Shown: positions 26,881-41,474 of the stretch, one piece after another
How positions within the stretch are numbered: the stretch's first letter is position 1
Layout: each line of letters starts with the position of its first letter
NCBI GenBank assembly: GCA_051294375.1
Contig: CM119264.1
Location: 14,844,682-14,908,681, forward strand
DNA from: Paraspadella gotoi
Taxonomy: Eukaryota > Animalia > Chaetognatha
Length of the DNA: 64,000 nucleotides
Direction: 5' to 3'
The notes under the pieces: generated by a model
What the model saw: only the letters and a program-made list of their open reading frames with translations
Database searches by the model: none
Told to the model about the DNA's origin: nothing
Made by a program: the position numbers and the translations under genes

Positions 26881-28199
26881 TACTAAATGAGTTGGCCTCA
26901 CTAAGTACTGTGATTTTATTTTGCAATCAATATTAAAGCGTCCAGAATTACATGGTTACTCCATTTTTATGAAGCTAACTACTCATTGTTTCGTGTCTAA
27001 TTTCTTTGATAAAAAAGAAACTTGATTAAAATACGAGAAATAAATTATTTTGTAATCTACCACTGTTCTAATGAAATCAAGACAGAGTGAAAAAAATTAG
27101 AATAATAATTCGCCATTACGGTTCACCATCAATACAGGGACTTCAATCTGGACTCATACGAAAAAACTTATATAATCAAAACGAAGAGAAATCGGGTTAT
27201 AAAACATTTTCATACTAATAAAAAAATACTTTACATTCTCAAGAATAAATTTATGAAAAAACATTTATTACTTTAAAATTTTTACTTTAAAAATATCAAT
27301 CCTTCAGTTCCCATTAAAACAATTGTATTTTTTTCATACTTCATTTTTAGGATTAATAGAGTAAGATAGATTAAGATAGATAAAGATACTGTAGTAAATG
27401 AATTACGAATCAGAATAATTTTTTTTTATAATGTGAACAATATGGAATAATAATCCCGTTTTCCCTTTCAAATCTATTTAAAAATACAAATTTCAGCTTA
27501 GGGGGAAAAAATTATGAGAGATGACTTTATTAATAAATAATAGTTACCATAGTAAATAAGTTAGAATTTATGTGAGAAATTTTTTTTAATAAAAATTATA
27601 AAATTGTTAAAAACTTAAAATTTTGACAAAAAATTAAAAGTGAATCCGCGCTTGAGAGCCAATGTGATAATACTATTAATAAATTAGAACATTTTTTAAG
27701 TTAACATAAACGTCAAGTAGTTTTCTAACTAATAAATGTTATAAAAATAATATACAGTGAAAGAATTACGAATTTAATCAAGTCTTTTCGTATCGCTCCC
27801 GATTAAAGTCCCTGTAAATTATTATTTCTTCGGATTTTTTCGTAGGTACTAAACGCTTTGGTTGTAATAAATTTAAATCTAGTTGTACAATGTACAATTT
27901 ATAGAAAAAAGGAATTAATACTAGCTTTTCGGTATGCCCAAATGGATGGCGAGGACGACGGTACAAATACATCAAAAAGCTCGACATACTATGAGATGAA
28001 AATGCTTCGAGCTGGTGTTTTTTGAGTTTTTTGTTGGGCGCTTATTTTTGTTTATATTCCAACTTTTAGCAATGAGCATAAAAATTATTTTGAAAAAAGC
28101 TCCACGTCATTTGTTCAAAGAATGAATAAAAGTAGACAAGTAGACTAAAATTGAAATGACTAGTCCAGTGAAAGTTGCACACGCGCAGCGAGAAAAAGT

Positions 28200-30713
28200 T
28201 TACGAGTTGTCATCATCCTCCTCTTCTTGCTCATCAGTTGCTAAATCCTCAGGCCAACTGTCCACATACAGCCTGGGAAGTTGTCCGTCCATCCACCGTT
28301 CGAGCCACGCACTAAGAGACGGCATGTCCAGACCTTGTTTATCATTTAAACCCAGCATGGAAACGATACTGTCGTCTTCCTCCGGCGGCCAGTAGAGAGA
28401 AAAGTAGCGCCTGGCGCCATAGAGGGCTAGACATAACCCGACAGGCGGCAACTCGGGAATAGCAATACCATTTCGGTCGAGTACAGGATCTATCAAGTCA
28501 TGAATCCAGTCAGCATGCAGAGTTTGATCAGCAAAAGTTAGTACAATTCGACGATCCTGTCGTAGGAAGGGCTGCGTCAATTTAGTGAATTGCTGAACCA
28601 AGAGCCGATGCATCTGCACGCAATCATATTTTTTGGGCGACCGTCGCTGGTCCCAATTTTGGCGAGATTCCACATCGCCGAAAAGGCCTTTGGGAATGAC
28701 GAGAACGAGGATACGGACGCCCAAGCCACGAGCTTCAACAACGTAACGCTCGTAGAGATTCTGACTGAGAAGTTGAATGGACGTATCCTTGAGAATTTCG
28801 TGAGAAATGGCAGTTTTGTTCTGAAGCTTTGATGCAGAAGCCGTCGTCGCTCGCGCTTTTCCTCTAGATTTTTTTTTCTTGGACCTCTGATTGGCAGCCG
28901 AATTGTTCTCCATGAAAGAGGATACAAAGTATGACGCGAGGTAAATAAAACCGAGAGTGACAAATACCGTCATGTAAGACGTCCAAACATCCTCAGAACC
29001 CAGCAAGTGACTCATGAGAGTGTTAAAGTAACTGTAAAGAGTTTTCAGCCCCTGTTTTGCCATTTTCCACAGGCGAACTATGAAGTTTCCTTGATGCTCA
29101 TCCCACAATTCTGGTACATGGGAGGCCTCCAGAGGGATGAGATTGTTAAGTTCCATGGATGACGACGAAGCCAAGATTCTCTCGACAAAGGCTGTCAAAC
29201 TGCTTTGAGATTGTCTAAGAATCTTTTCATGGGCAACTCTGACATTTGGTTCTAGATGGTCGCTCGGCGTCGTCCATCCTTCCGGTGCCCAGCCAAAACG
29301 AAGTCGATCGGCTGAATTGCGCCAGAAAATGGCTACTGGTTCTACGGTTGCAGAGTTTTCGTCGTCGTTCTCCCGTTGACTGTCCATCCGGACTTGCGGT
29401 GATCCCGATTTTTGAAGCAGTGCTTCAATAAATGACTTTTGGGTCTCTTTAAAGAGGTAAGCAAAGTTGATCTTAAAAGACGAATCTTCAAAATTGGATC
29501 GATTCTGTCGAAATTCCCGTACGTAACGCCGAAATCCGTCGGTACTGGAACCGTAGAGATCCCGTCGTGTCATCAGAACAACACAATAGGTCTTTGTCCG
29601 AACATCACCACGGCCCTTGACGACCGGGCAAAGCTCGTCCATAATTCTTTGACTGGAGAGCCGAGGCAGCAGGAGATATTTGTTGTCCTTCATGGCTTGC
29701 AGAACCGTTTCTGATGAAATGCGATTGGCGGTGATGGAAGCGGCCGGTGTCTTTGCGTCATCAGTAAAGACGACAACCCGCTCAGAGGAAAGTGACGAGT
29801 AAATACCCTTGTCAATGATCCAAGGATGTGATGAGTGAACAAAGGCACAGAGGTGATGGACGCGCATGGCGTAGCAAGGAATCTTGAAACGAAGAGTCAT
29901 CCGAGGTCCGACGAATAAGGTCCGTACGAGATTATCTAACTTCCATCCGCTGACGAAAGAGTCAAAGGCCCGCCCAGATTCCAAAATTTGGACGAGACCA
30001 GATGGCATAGATTCAGAGGCAAAATCCGTAATACTTTGCGCATTCAATCGAGAGGACTTGAGACGGACTGTCTCCTTGTCGACCACGACGACGATCTCTG
30101 GCATCGAGGTTGCACCGAGACGCCGTGCTAATGGGGCGTCCATATCTCCCAGAACGCGACCCACGCCATACCCGACTGACTTCAACTCATTCGACGCCTG
30201 CTCCCAAATCGGCTCCATCTGCATGCACATAAAGCAGCCGTTTGCCGTTATAAATAAGATGAAGGGTTTCTCAGTAGTCTGACGTTCAATCTCGTTTACA
30301 AATTGGTGCATCGTGACGCGATCCTTGGTAGATTGCTGCTGCCCACCACCAAAGCCAAAGCCACCAAAACCCGAAAACCCCGAAAAATGAGCGTCCCTGA
30401 AGAACTCGTGAAATCCGCCCCCTCCGCCGCCGCCACCGCTCTGACTTTGTCCAGCAGTTCTCCCATACGCGTCGTACTCTCGACGCTTCTCTGGATCGGA
30501 CAAAGTTTCGTACGCTTCGTTAATTCGTATGAACTTCTCATTGGCGCCCTTGGCACGATTACGATCAGGATGCCACTTTTTCGCCAGTCGACGATAAGCT
30601 TTTTTTATTTCATCCTGAGAAGCACGGGATGAGACTCCCAGCTCCTCGTAGGGATTCATGGCAACGCAACAGGCGGCCAAAAGGCATAAACCAAGCCATA
30701 ATCTCAGATTCAT
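28200..30713 (-). CDS. DNAJC16: DnaJ homolog subfamily C member 16 (ERdj8), intronless, 837 aa
   Basis: Signal peptide, J domain with HPD, G/F-rich linker, thioredoxin fold with CFMC, a late transmembrane segment, and the characteristic C-terminal '[23 protein letters not shown]'. Confidence 0.9.
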   Translation of the reverse strand: MNLRLWLGLCLLAACCVAMNPYEELGVSSRASQDEIKKAYRRLAKKWHPDRNRAKGANEKFIRINEAYETLSDPEKRREYDAYGRTAGQSQSGGGGGGGGFHEFFRDAHFSGFSGFGGFGFGGGQQQSTKDRVTMHQFVNEIERQTTEKPFILFITANGCFMCMQMEPIWEQASNELKSVGYGVGRVLGDMDAPLARRLGATSMPEIVVVVDKETVRLKSSRLNAQSITDFASESMPSGLVQILESGRAFDSFVSGWKLDNLVRTLFVGPRMTLRFKIPCYAMRVHHLCAFVHSSHPWIIDKGIYSSLSSERVVVFTDDAKTPAASITANRISSETVLQAMKDNKYLLLPRLSSQRIMDELCPVVKGRGDVRTKTYCVVLMTRRDLYGSSTDGFRRYVREFRQNRSNFEDSSFKINFAYLFKETQKSFIEALLQKSGSPQVRMDSQRENDDENSATVEPVAIFWRNSADRLRFGWAPEGWTTPSDHLEPNVRVAHEKILRQSQSSLTAFVERILASSSSMELNNLIPLEASHVPELWDEHQGNFIVRLWKMAKQGLKTLYSYFNTLMSHLLGSEDVWTSYMTVFVTLGFIYLASYFVSSFMENNSAANQRSKKKKSRGKARATTASASKLQNKTAISHEILKDTSIQLLSQNLYERYVVEARGLGVRILVLVIPKGLFGDVESRQNWDQRRSPKKYDCVQMHRLLVQQFTKLTQPFLRQDRRIVLTFADQTLHADWIHDLIDPVLDRNGIAIPELPPVGLCLALYGARRYFSLYWPPEEDDSIVSMLGLNDKQGLDMPSLSAWLERWMDGQLPRLYVDSWPEDLATDEQEEEDDDNS

Positions 30714-32145
30714 AGCTGATTTTATTGTTCGAGATCAAAATGAAGATAATCACAGTGATGGGGCAGTTTTAATCATTGTCTGCTTCTCGCTTTGTTGTTT
30801 TAACTATAGAGAAAAATTTCAGAATAATAATAAGAATGCTGGTACAAAAAAAGCATTAACGAAATTCATGGAAAAAAAATTATTATGCTTTGAACCGTTT
30901 TGTTTTGACGATTTAATTGTCTTCCTACAAATGATTGTCAAACCAAAAATGAAATAGTTCAATACCATTAAATTAACTTTCTTAAACAGAAAGCTTCCCT
31001 ATTCAGTAAAAAGTCAAGTTATTGAATCTATTATAGACAAAATAAATTACGGTTCGAGATTTTTTTTTTAAATTGTCTTTTGAGAGTAATGATTACAAAG
31101 GCTTCAATTTTTGCAGTATCAGTTTAGTTTTTAAGTATACGTGAACTTTAAGGTACATGTTAAAAATACTATTTTTTTTACCAATAAAAATGAATACGGA
31201 AAAATCTGTAAAATACAAAATATTAATAAAACTTACTGCCTCAGACGTAAGCAAATTTATGAATAATTGTAATATTTTTTATTTTTAATCTAGCATTATG
31301 AAGCGAATAAAATCATTAGCATCACAAAAATATAACTTCCATTGAAACGCATGCATGCCCAAATTATGAGGTAATTCGATTCAATAAAATTACCCGTTCA
31401 AAATCTATTGCAATTTAAAATGTCCTGATATTTAATTCAAGCTCGAGCGGCATTCTTTTAAGTACTAGTAAAATAAAGTGGGAAACTCAATCTTTAAAGT
31501 AGATGTGAATTTTCCTTTAATTTATTGCTTACGTTGTTTTAGGTTTTTTCCAACAAATAAACCAAGTTAAACACACCGAACTGATACAAAAAAAAACGGA
31601 TAGCTCCTATGAGATTTTTTATGTCAATATATACACTAGATAATAGAAAAAAATTCTATGATATAATGAATGACACCATATTAAAAAACTAAGAAATATT
31701 AGAAGCTAATTTAAAAGTGCTTTGGGGATTAAAACCACAATTTAGTCCGATGAAAATGAGAATTAATTTTGTTTTAAAAATCGGATAAAATTGTTTCTGC
31801 GAAAACCATCGCATTTTCATCGTCAATGCAAAAAGTATTTTAATCATTATATATACGTGCAAATAATTTTAAAATACATCGGATGGTAATATAAAAAATA
31901 AAGTTTTACAATTTCTGGAATAATAATAATAATAATATTTCAAATCTCTACAAATTCCTGATAGATCAAAACCTGCAATTAAACCTTTGAATCAAAAGGA
32001 AAAAAAGGAGTGAAAATTGAGAAAAACTACAGAAAAAAAGCATACATACATGAACACAAACGATTCAAAAGGATGCAGCCAATCACTTTTGGACGTCATA
32101 TGAACATTAAATCATATGAAGGCTCGTAATTAAAAGAATTTTACA

Positions 32146-35100
32146 CTAGTTTTTGGCATCGAGTTCCGCGTACTTGGCATCGTCCGTCATTTGAGAAGAC
32201 ATAATTCTCTCCCTGATGTCATGAACGGGCATCATGCCGGCAATGACTTGTTCACCGCGCCACATGCCGTTCGTGGTCGCCATGAGAGCAGGTTGATGGA
32301 GATGCTGAGGCTTTTCCGAGGGACTCTGAGGAAAAGGAATCCCGGGATGATGTTGCTGAGGCGGAGGGTGTTGCTGTTGCTGAAGCTGTTGCTGCTGCGG
32401 GGGTGGTGGCTGGTGTTGTTGCTGCTGCTGCTGCGGCTGTTGTTGCTGCTGCGGTGGTTGTTGATGCGGATCGTGCTTGTGTTCATTTTCGCCAGGGGCA
32501 GGTTCGACGCTAAGCACTCTGTCGAGGCGGTTCTCGTGGCTCCTGAGGTGCAACTTAAGGTTGGTGGCTTGCGCAAACTGCCGGTCGCAATTGGGCATGC
32601 TGCAATGAAACGGTTTCTCTCCTGTATGTAACCTTTTGTGCGTTTTGAGGTGGGCTTTTTGCTTAAAGGCTTTGTCGCAAACTTCGCAGATAAACCGACG
32701 AATGTTGTTGTGCACCAACATGTGTTGAGTGAGCAGACCTTTGGTTCGAAAAATTTTATAACACACTTCGCAACTGACTTCGCTGCCCGAGGATTTTCGG
32801 GGTTTACGGTCATAGGAGGTCCCAAACCCATCTACGCCATTTTTTTTGTCCTTTTCCTGTTCACGGCAGCCGATGAGTTGAAGTGTTACACGTTCTCCGG
32901 CAACTCCCGCGCATGCTGAAAAGTAAGGGTCTGGTTTTTTTGGGGGAGGTGGGATAAATATACAACTAAATCAAAAAAAAAAAAAAAAAAAAATTACCAA
33001 AAAATAAATAAATAGCCTGTGCAGTGCACGCTTATAAAGCCCGAGTTCTACCTTGAAGATTGGCGTCCGGCGCGTCGTTCCTAGGTCTTCCTCGTCCCCT
33101 CCAATGAATGTATTCTTCCTTCGGTTTTTTCGGTCGTCCCCTCTTTCTTCCGTCAATAGGCTTTACATCCTGTAGTAATGAAATTTATTATTCGGATTTT
33201 TTATATCGCTGACAGTGGGATTTATAAAATTTACAAGACTAATATTAGTAGGGTAGGGAAAAGAGGATGTGAAAGAAACAAAAAAAGTGCCATCTCTGAA
33301 ATATATAAAATCTTAAAGTATACCCATGAGACACTTAATGTGGTAGGTCAGTAAAATTCGATAAAGGCAGGAGTTTTTTAAAATGCTAATTGGTAGACAT
33401 TATATGATAATCCTTTCTTTTCGTTGTAAATGATTTAGAGAAAAACAAAGTTTTATTAGTTTCAACGAATTTCAATAAAAACAAATTCGTTGAAACTAAT
33501 AAAACTTTGTTTTTCTCTAAAATGCTAATTGTAGTTTTTGAAAATTTTTTATAAAAATTTTTAAGTAGTTTAATTTTAATGTCTACACATCTATCATTAT
33601 CTACAGAGCATAACTTTTAATTTGAGACCTCTCTCAACTTTCTATTACTTTTCGTTATTGAATTATAAGTAAAAATTAGAATTTTTTTGTTTCAAAATTA
33701 TTAATCAATCAGTTCTTTCAAACAGATTATTTCTTAAAAATAAAGATACAAATATGTTCTCAAAATGCAGTTCTACTTATTAGGCCTTAAAACAAATTTA
33801 AAAAAAAAGGATTTAAAAGTAATAGAAAGTTGGGAGAGGTCTCAAATTAAAGCTTATGCTTTGTATATAATGATAGACATATAGACATTCAAATTGTAAG
33901 CATATTTAATAAACTACTTAAAATCTTTTATTAAAAAATTTTAAAAACTTTAATTAGCATTTAAAAAAAATCCTGCCTTTATCGAATTTCACTGACCTAT
34001 CACATTAAGTGTCTCATGGGTATACTTTCAGATTTAAAAGGTTTCAAAGATGGCTCTTTTTTTGCTTCTTTCTCATCCTCTCTGCTCTACCGTGTAATAC
34101 CATACTTTTAATTTTTTTTAAATAACAGAGAAAGAGAGAGAGAGAGAGAAAGAAGCAGGACAGACGCTGCAGAGCCGGAACTCGTTTTTAGACAAATCAG
34201 TTACGGAGAAAAAGAGAGAGAGAGAGAGCGACATATAATTAAAAGAAAGAGAGAGAAAGCGACATATAATTAAACGGTTTTTGTTTTGTAAATACAACAA
34301 ACAAATACGAATATTGATATGAAACATGACAATTTTAAAGATCTTGATGATTAGAAGCCATAAAAAAATTTTCAACTCCCTATGATATCACACTTTCAGA
34401 AGCCATGATTGCAAAAAAGCGGGACGCCGACGACAACGCAGACAACGACGACGACTAGGGCACAAAGAAGCGAAAGCAAATTATTATAGAGAAAGGACAG
34501 GCTTCGCCCGGTCTGTCTCGATAAAATTGTTTTGAAAATAAAACAAATGAGTGTAGGAAGATGAAACATGGGAATCGAAAAGATCGTGCTGATTAGAAGC
34601 TATATTTAAATTTTTAGCTTCCAATGGTAACACACGAGGTATTTCCAATAGTAAAACAGCGTGACGACAACGACGACAACGACTATGGTCAAAGAAGAAG
34701 AAACGAATTAAAATCTCGCCCAAATTGTGCTTTCGCCCGTCTGGCGAGATAAAAAAATGATTACCTAATTACATTAACCCTAAACCCTTTTAACTCTAAA
34801 CCACCCTTAACCCTAACACCTCCCTAACCCCGGTCGGCCAAAGTAAAATTATACTTTCGCTGACTGTGGCTTTTGAAAAACCATTTAAAATTTTTTTAAA
34901 GTAAATTTTAAAAAATATTACCTAATTACCCTAACCCTAAACTCTCCTAATCCTAACAACCCCTAACTCTAAACCACCCCTAACCCCTCCCTAACCCCGG
35001 TCGGCGAAAGTAAAACAGGACTACTGGGAGTTTAAAAAAAACAGCAATTTTATTACAAGGGTACAAAATTTGAAGTCACGATAATTAATAATTTAGCCAC

Positions 35101-36152
35101 TTTATTTGATCTTTTCATTTCACTCACATTTGAAATCCGTGTATATATATCTAAATTTTTAGCTTCATACAAACACAAATAATATTAAAAAAAGCGATCT
35201 ATAATTTGTAACGCCGACGCGGACAAAGCGCAAGCGATTGCGACAATAAAAAACTAGAATAGCTAAATACCTCCACGTCGATCTTGTCTTCGTCCTTCTC
35301 ACGCTTCGGCGCGGCCCCTCCCTCGATGGCAAGTTTGCGTTCCAATTGGTTTTCATGATGCTTCATGTGAGTCTTCAAATTTGTCATCTGCGCGAAGGCT
35401 TTTTCGCAATTGGGTAGCGAGCATTTGTAGGGTTTATCTCCCGTGTGAATGCGTTTATGGGTCTCCAAGTGCGCTTTCTGCTTGAAAGCCTTTTCGCAAT
35501 AGTCGCAAGGGAAGCGCCTGACGTTGCTGTGGACGAGCAAATGTTGTGTGAGTAGTCCCTTAGTGTTAAAGAGCTTGAAGCACTGCGGGCATTTGTTGTC
35601 TGCGGTGGACGAAGTGTCGATGATTTGGCCGACGCTGAAGGAGGATTTCCGTTTTTTCCTCTCCTTCTTTTCGGTCGTCATCGGCGACGCCGTGACCGAC
35701 GTAGCAGGAGGGGAGGTGGCTGTCGATGTCACGGGCGTCGTGGTGGTAGGCTGCGGCGGAGGAGGAGGAGGGGGGGGCGGAGGATTCTCCTCAGTGGCTG
35801 GCGGCGGTTGAGGTAGAGGTGGAACTTCGAGGTGATGAGAGAGGTAATTAGCTGGCGGGCCGTAACAGTCGAGGCCGGGAGCGTGGTGGTGCAGCACTTG
35901 GTGGTGGGTGTGAGGAGGGAGTGCTGCCATGTTGATGGGGTTTGCGCTGTGAAAATCGTTTGGATGATGCAGAGCATGAGCGGGGTGAGTAGGATGAGCT
36001 GGATGTCCCAAATCCCGAGGACCCCCCGGATGGTGATGATGATGATGGTGGGCCGCCTCATGGTGGCGATTCCAATCCCCGAGCGGCATTGGAACCCCTT
36101 TGGAATGAACCATTAAGTCCGACAAACGATTTTTAAGAGTCTCTACGTCCAT
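32146..36152 (-). CDS. C2H2 zinc-finger / AT-hook transcription factor (~589 aa): 3 fingers, 2 AT-hooks, 3 fingers
   Basis: Exons 36152-35271 (phase 0), 33169-33052 (phase 1), 32915-32146 join in frame (1770 nt). The middle exon encodes RKRGRPKK and RGRGRPRN. Each finger triplet has an HTG(D/E)KP linker. His/Pro-rich N-terminus, Gln-rich C-terminus. Confidence 0.85.
33243..34099. mobile_element. Foldback/MITE-like long inverted-repeat element with nested perfect hairpin
   Basis: Left arm (e.g. aagtatacccatgagacacttaatgtggtaggtcag) is the near reverse complement of the right arm (ctgacctatcacattaagtgtctcatgggtatactt); arms match with divergence over roughly 300 bp or more. Confidence 0.75.
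34115..34760. mobile_element. Cluster of degenerate dispersed repeats
   Basis: 34115-34300 resembles the reverse complement of ~56440-56740. 34270-34525 and 34560-34760 resemble each other and ~60130-60345 (shared end cttcgcccgtctggcg.gataaaa). Confidence 0.55.
34760..35015. mobile_element. CCCTAA-containing MITE family, one partial plus one full copy in tandem
   Basis: attacctaattac..taaccctaaac...accccggtcggc.aaagtaaaa occurs twice; homologous to 311-485. Confidence 0.65.
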
Positions 36153-36390
36153 AAATAAAGTTCAAATGCTGGATTCCTTCTCTAATTTAATGTACAGACA
36201 AGAAAAAACATTTAAAAGATAAAGTGAATGATTAGTTGAAATTATAATAATAACCAAAAAGCTGAAATTCACCTTACATAAAACATTAAGAATCTGTGGG
36301 TACAACTTAAAAAAAATGTTTTCAAAATCCAAGTTCGCAGTCAAACTCACAGCCATCGCCTATTTTGCCGGAAATTCCCTACTTCGTCTC

Positions 36391-37713
<1,323 letters not shown>

Positions 37714-38943
37714 TTAAAACTGCAAAAGCGGAGAGCGTTATTATTATGAACGACGTTGGGTAAAAAAGGGAATTTTTATGCGTATGCTAGAGAAAATTAT
37801 TCGACTTATGTTAATTTATAATCTTTAAAGATAAATTCAGCTAAGCAACGTAAAAATCGGACCAATAATAAAGTAAAGAGGTTAATAAGGAAAAAATGTT
37901 AAGAAAATGAAGAAAAGAAGAAGAAAAGAAAGAAAGAAAGAAAGAAGAAAGAAAGAAAGAAGCATAAAAGAAGCGTGAAATGAAAGAATTAATGTCAGTT
38001 TAAACAAACTTCCACCAGAGTCGCTCTTTTCGTTTAGGCATTAAATTTAATAAAAAGACTAACGCTGAATACGAGACCTTTATTCATTATTGATCAAATA
38101 TATAATAAATATATTTATAGCGGTTTCTGATCATAAAAATAACCTTAATTATTTGAAAACGTTTGAAAATTAAGTCTAAATAATGAGAATACAGACTTTC
38201 AAGCATTAAATTATAAGGTTAAATAAACATAATTACTTACGATATCTATATCTTTAAAAGTTTACGGAAATTCATTAAGTGTCATTAGCGATTTCAGGTG
38301 TTGTTTATATAATTAAGACATTTATTTTATACAAAATTATAATAAATATATAATATATATTAAATTATATATTTTTACATCTTATGAATATTTAATTTAT
38401 CAATTTTATTCATAACAGTTGACATATAAGGCATGTTAATACATTCTTATTAGTATATTATATATTAATATATATATTAATATTACTTTTCAAAAATTAA
38501 TCAACATTCGGTATTCAAAAGAAATGAATGTACTTCCGAAGCTTGAATTCTATTGGGTGATTCATTTACCGATTTTCGATGCTGCTTGGGCTTCAGCCAA
38601 TGGGCTCAGGTTTCGACGATGTTGCCTCCGAGCCTCGAGTTTAGGCATCATATGACCATTGCTAATCTTATCCTTGAAAGAGAAAATGCTTGATATGCTT
38701 TATAGCTTTAAGGTTAAAACGTAAATTATTAAAAGAGTCCCGAGTAATTTTGCCTTCCCAAAAATACCCGCATTTTGATTTGAAGATGATTCAAAATAAA
38801 AGAATATATTTTGACACGTAGCTACAAATACTCTACAACTACAACGAATTACAAGAAAATATCCCAACAGAGTTATTTGCGTTGGACAAACATTTGAAAC
38901 ATTCTCTCTCCAAATTTGGATTTCTAATATTTTCGCTATCAAT

Positions 38944-40460
38944 ATGACCCGTCCTTTAACTGTGATAAAAAGCATAGGACCAAAATTGGTCCCGTTTTTC
39001 AAATCGTGTGCCATTTTTTTTGTTTTGTTTCCGAACGATGATTCTTTATATCCTGCCTGGATCTTTTGCATTGGAAAAGTAAGTTACACTAGAAAATACA
39101 TTTTACTATGTTTGAAATGCAAACCTCTACACAATGGTACAGTTTTGGGAGCTCAAATTATTTGAACAAAGACGACGACGACGACGAAAACGACGACGAA
39201 TACAACGACGACGAATACAACGACGAAGACGACGACGAAGTCTTTGTAAAATGCCTCCATGACTATCTGACAAAGATAAATAAATTTTGTCATAATAATT
39301 TAAACTAACATGAACATCAATGATTCAATATACTTTCCTAATTATTTTAAAAATTTGAAACTTTTTTCAAAGTAAATTTTTATTCAATTTAGATCGCGCC
39401 AATCATCTCCTTGATTGCTTTTGTTTTACTCCATGGTATCTCACTTACAACCGAACAATACTCTTATTCAAGAAGAATATTACTCGGCTTAATATTTTCT
39501 TCCATTGGAGATTTATTTCTTGTCTTTAAAAGTCAGTTTTTTATTCATGGGGTTGCAGCTTTCGGAGTTGCTCAGGTATTTCTTATTACTTGATGAAGAT
39601 CTGAAGATTTTTTGTTAGTTTTCCTTTAAATTTAGGGCCTGTATGCTTCCGCATTTGGAATATATCCCATCAATATACCCGCGGGTGTCGCTGTTGGGTC
39701 AGTCGGAATATTATTTTTTTCATACATTACGGACCATTTAGAGGTATTTTCTACGAAAAATGTTTCTCGTTTCAGGGTTTGACGAAACATTATTACTTTT
39801 AGGGGGCTTTAGTCATAGCATTGGCTTTTTACACATTGTTGATTGACGAAACATTATTACTTTTAGGGGGCTTTAGTCATAGCATTGGCTTTTTACACAT
39901 TGTTGATTTGTGTAATGGTTTGGCGAGCAATCGCAAGACTTCAGTTTTTTGATGATCTATGGACTTGGACGAAATTATGTTCTTGTGGCGGAGCTCTCGT
40001 ATTTGCATTTTCCGACAGGTAAAATGTTTATAATAACTCATTGTTATTGATTAAGTATTTGTTGTTTGATGCGATACTCCAAGATTATCAGTTACCTTGT
40101 CGTTAAATATAATTTGGAGGTAATATTTTTGTCTTAAAACTATCTTCTTTATTTCAGCACGATTGCCATTGACAAATTTTGCTTCAGCGTTCCTTTTTCT
40201 CATGCAATCATCATGTCTACTTACTATTGTGCTCAATTGTTGATTGCACTTTCTGTTGTCGACAGCCAAACCGATGCCGTCATTGCTATATCGCATAGAT
40301 TAAATGCTCAGAAGCAACAGGAGGTAATTAAGATGAATATTACAGTATTTATTATTTTTTTAAAATCCAAATTAACGTACATTCTTTCCTATACATACAG
40401 ATTAAGAAGCAATCAAATGAAGCTACATATATCAAGAACGTTGATATTGTTTCTTTTTAA
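38944..40460 (+). CDS. TMEM86A: Lysoplasmalogenase TMEM86/YhhN family membrane protein
   Basis: Exons 38944-39078, 39393-39575, 39636-39743, 39867-40018, 40158-40323, 40401-40460. Motifs GPKLVPFFKS, GLIFSSIGDLFLV, FIHGVAAFGVAQ, GALVFAFSD, IMSTYYCAQLLIALS. The last exon is less certain. Confidence 0.88.
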
Positions 40461-41474
40461 ATTATCACCCATAGTATTTTTACTTTAGTATAGAGCACTG
40501 GGCCTTGAAAGGCCGTATCCATAATTTAATGTTTAACTGTTTAATACTAAAGAAATATGCCTTTTGAAACATTTGAATTTTTTACAGCATGTCTGGATGA
40601 ATAACAGATTTATTTACTCTTGTAGATTTACAGTACGCTAATTTTTTTTCAGACTTAGCAGTAGTCCTATTAGGACTTCCTGACATACCCTCGGAGAGTT
40701 TTAAAACTTTTGTCCGCAGAATTTTCCTTCTTAATAAATAGCTACGTATAAGGAAAAAAATTAAATTGTAATCGCGATTAAAGGTTTCCTAGCTCTTTCC
40801 TGAAAATATTCTGGCGTGACGCTTTATTTTCTTTATTTTTAAATTTTCCATTAAACTATATCATGAGTGTTTGAAAGTAGATAAAATAAATCCAAATGTG
40901 TAGTCGTGCACATATACCTTAAAGACTGATTTTTTTAAGAATAAACTTATAATATTTGATTCCAAAGGCTCATGTGTATAATTAATTTTATTTTAAACCA
41001 ATGTAACCTCTTTTTTCATTTCAAATCATATCTTGAATTTATTATTCTGATTCAGGTGTTCTAATTTATACATTATATTTTGCACGAATCAATTGAGCTT
41101 CTAATTTTTGCCATGCGCCATTATTAATGATGTTATTTTGTTAATTCCCTATGGGTGCTATTAACATTTGCACTTCCGTGGATTTTTGCCTTTTGATATT
41201 AGAAATTGATGTAGGTAATACATATTTATGTAACTAAAGTTTTGTTATTTATTATTTAAATATAATTTACCTGTACTATGTTTTTATTCAGTTGAACGAA
41301 AAGTTTTTACTATAGGACCTATATCTGACACACTGTAGCTTAGGCTTCATCAAAGCACATTGACCATTGCCTTCATTTCTTTAATAGTATTTGTTATCTT
41401 TCAAAGAAAATCTGCTAGTAGGTCATTAAGATATTGTTATTTCGAGCTTTTCGTTTCGTTGTGTTTGAAATTAC

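Noticed and set aside
39170-39240. Acidic DDDDENDDEY ORF segment
   Set aside because: Trinucleotide repeat inside TMEM86 intron 1 without supporting splice sites.
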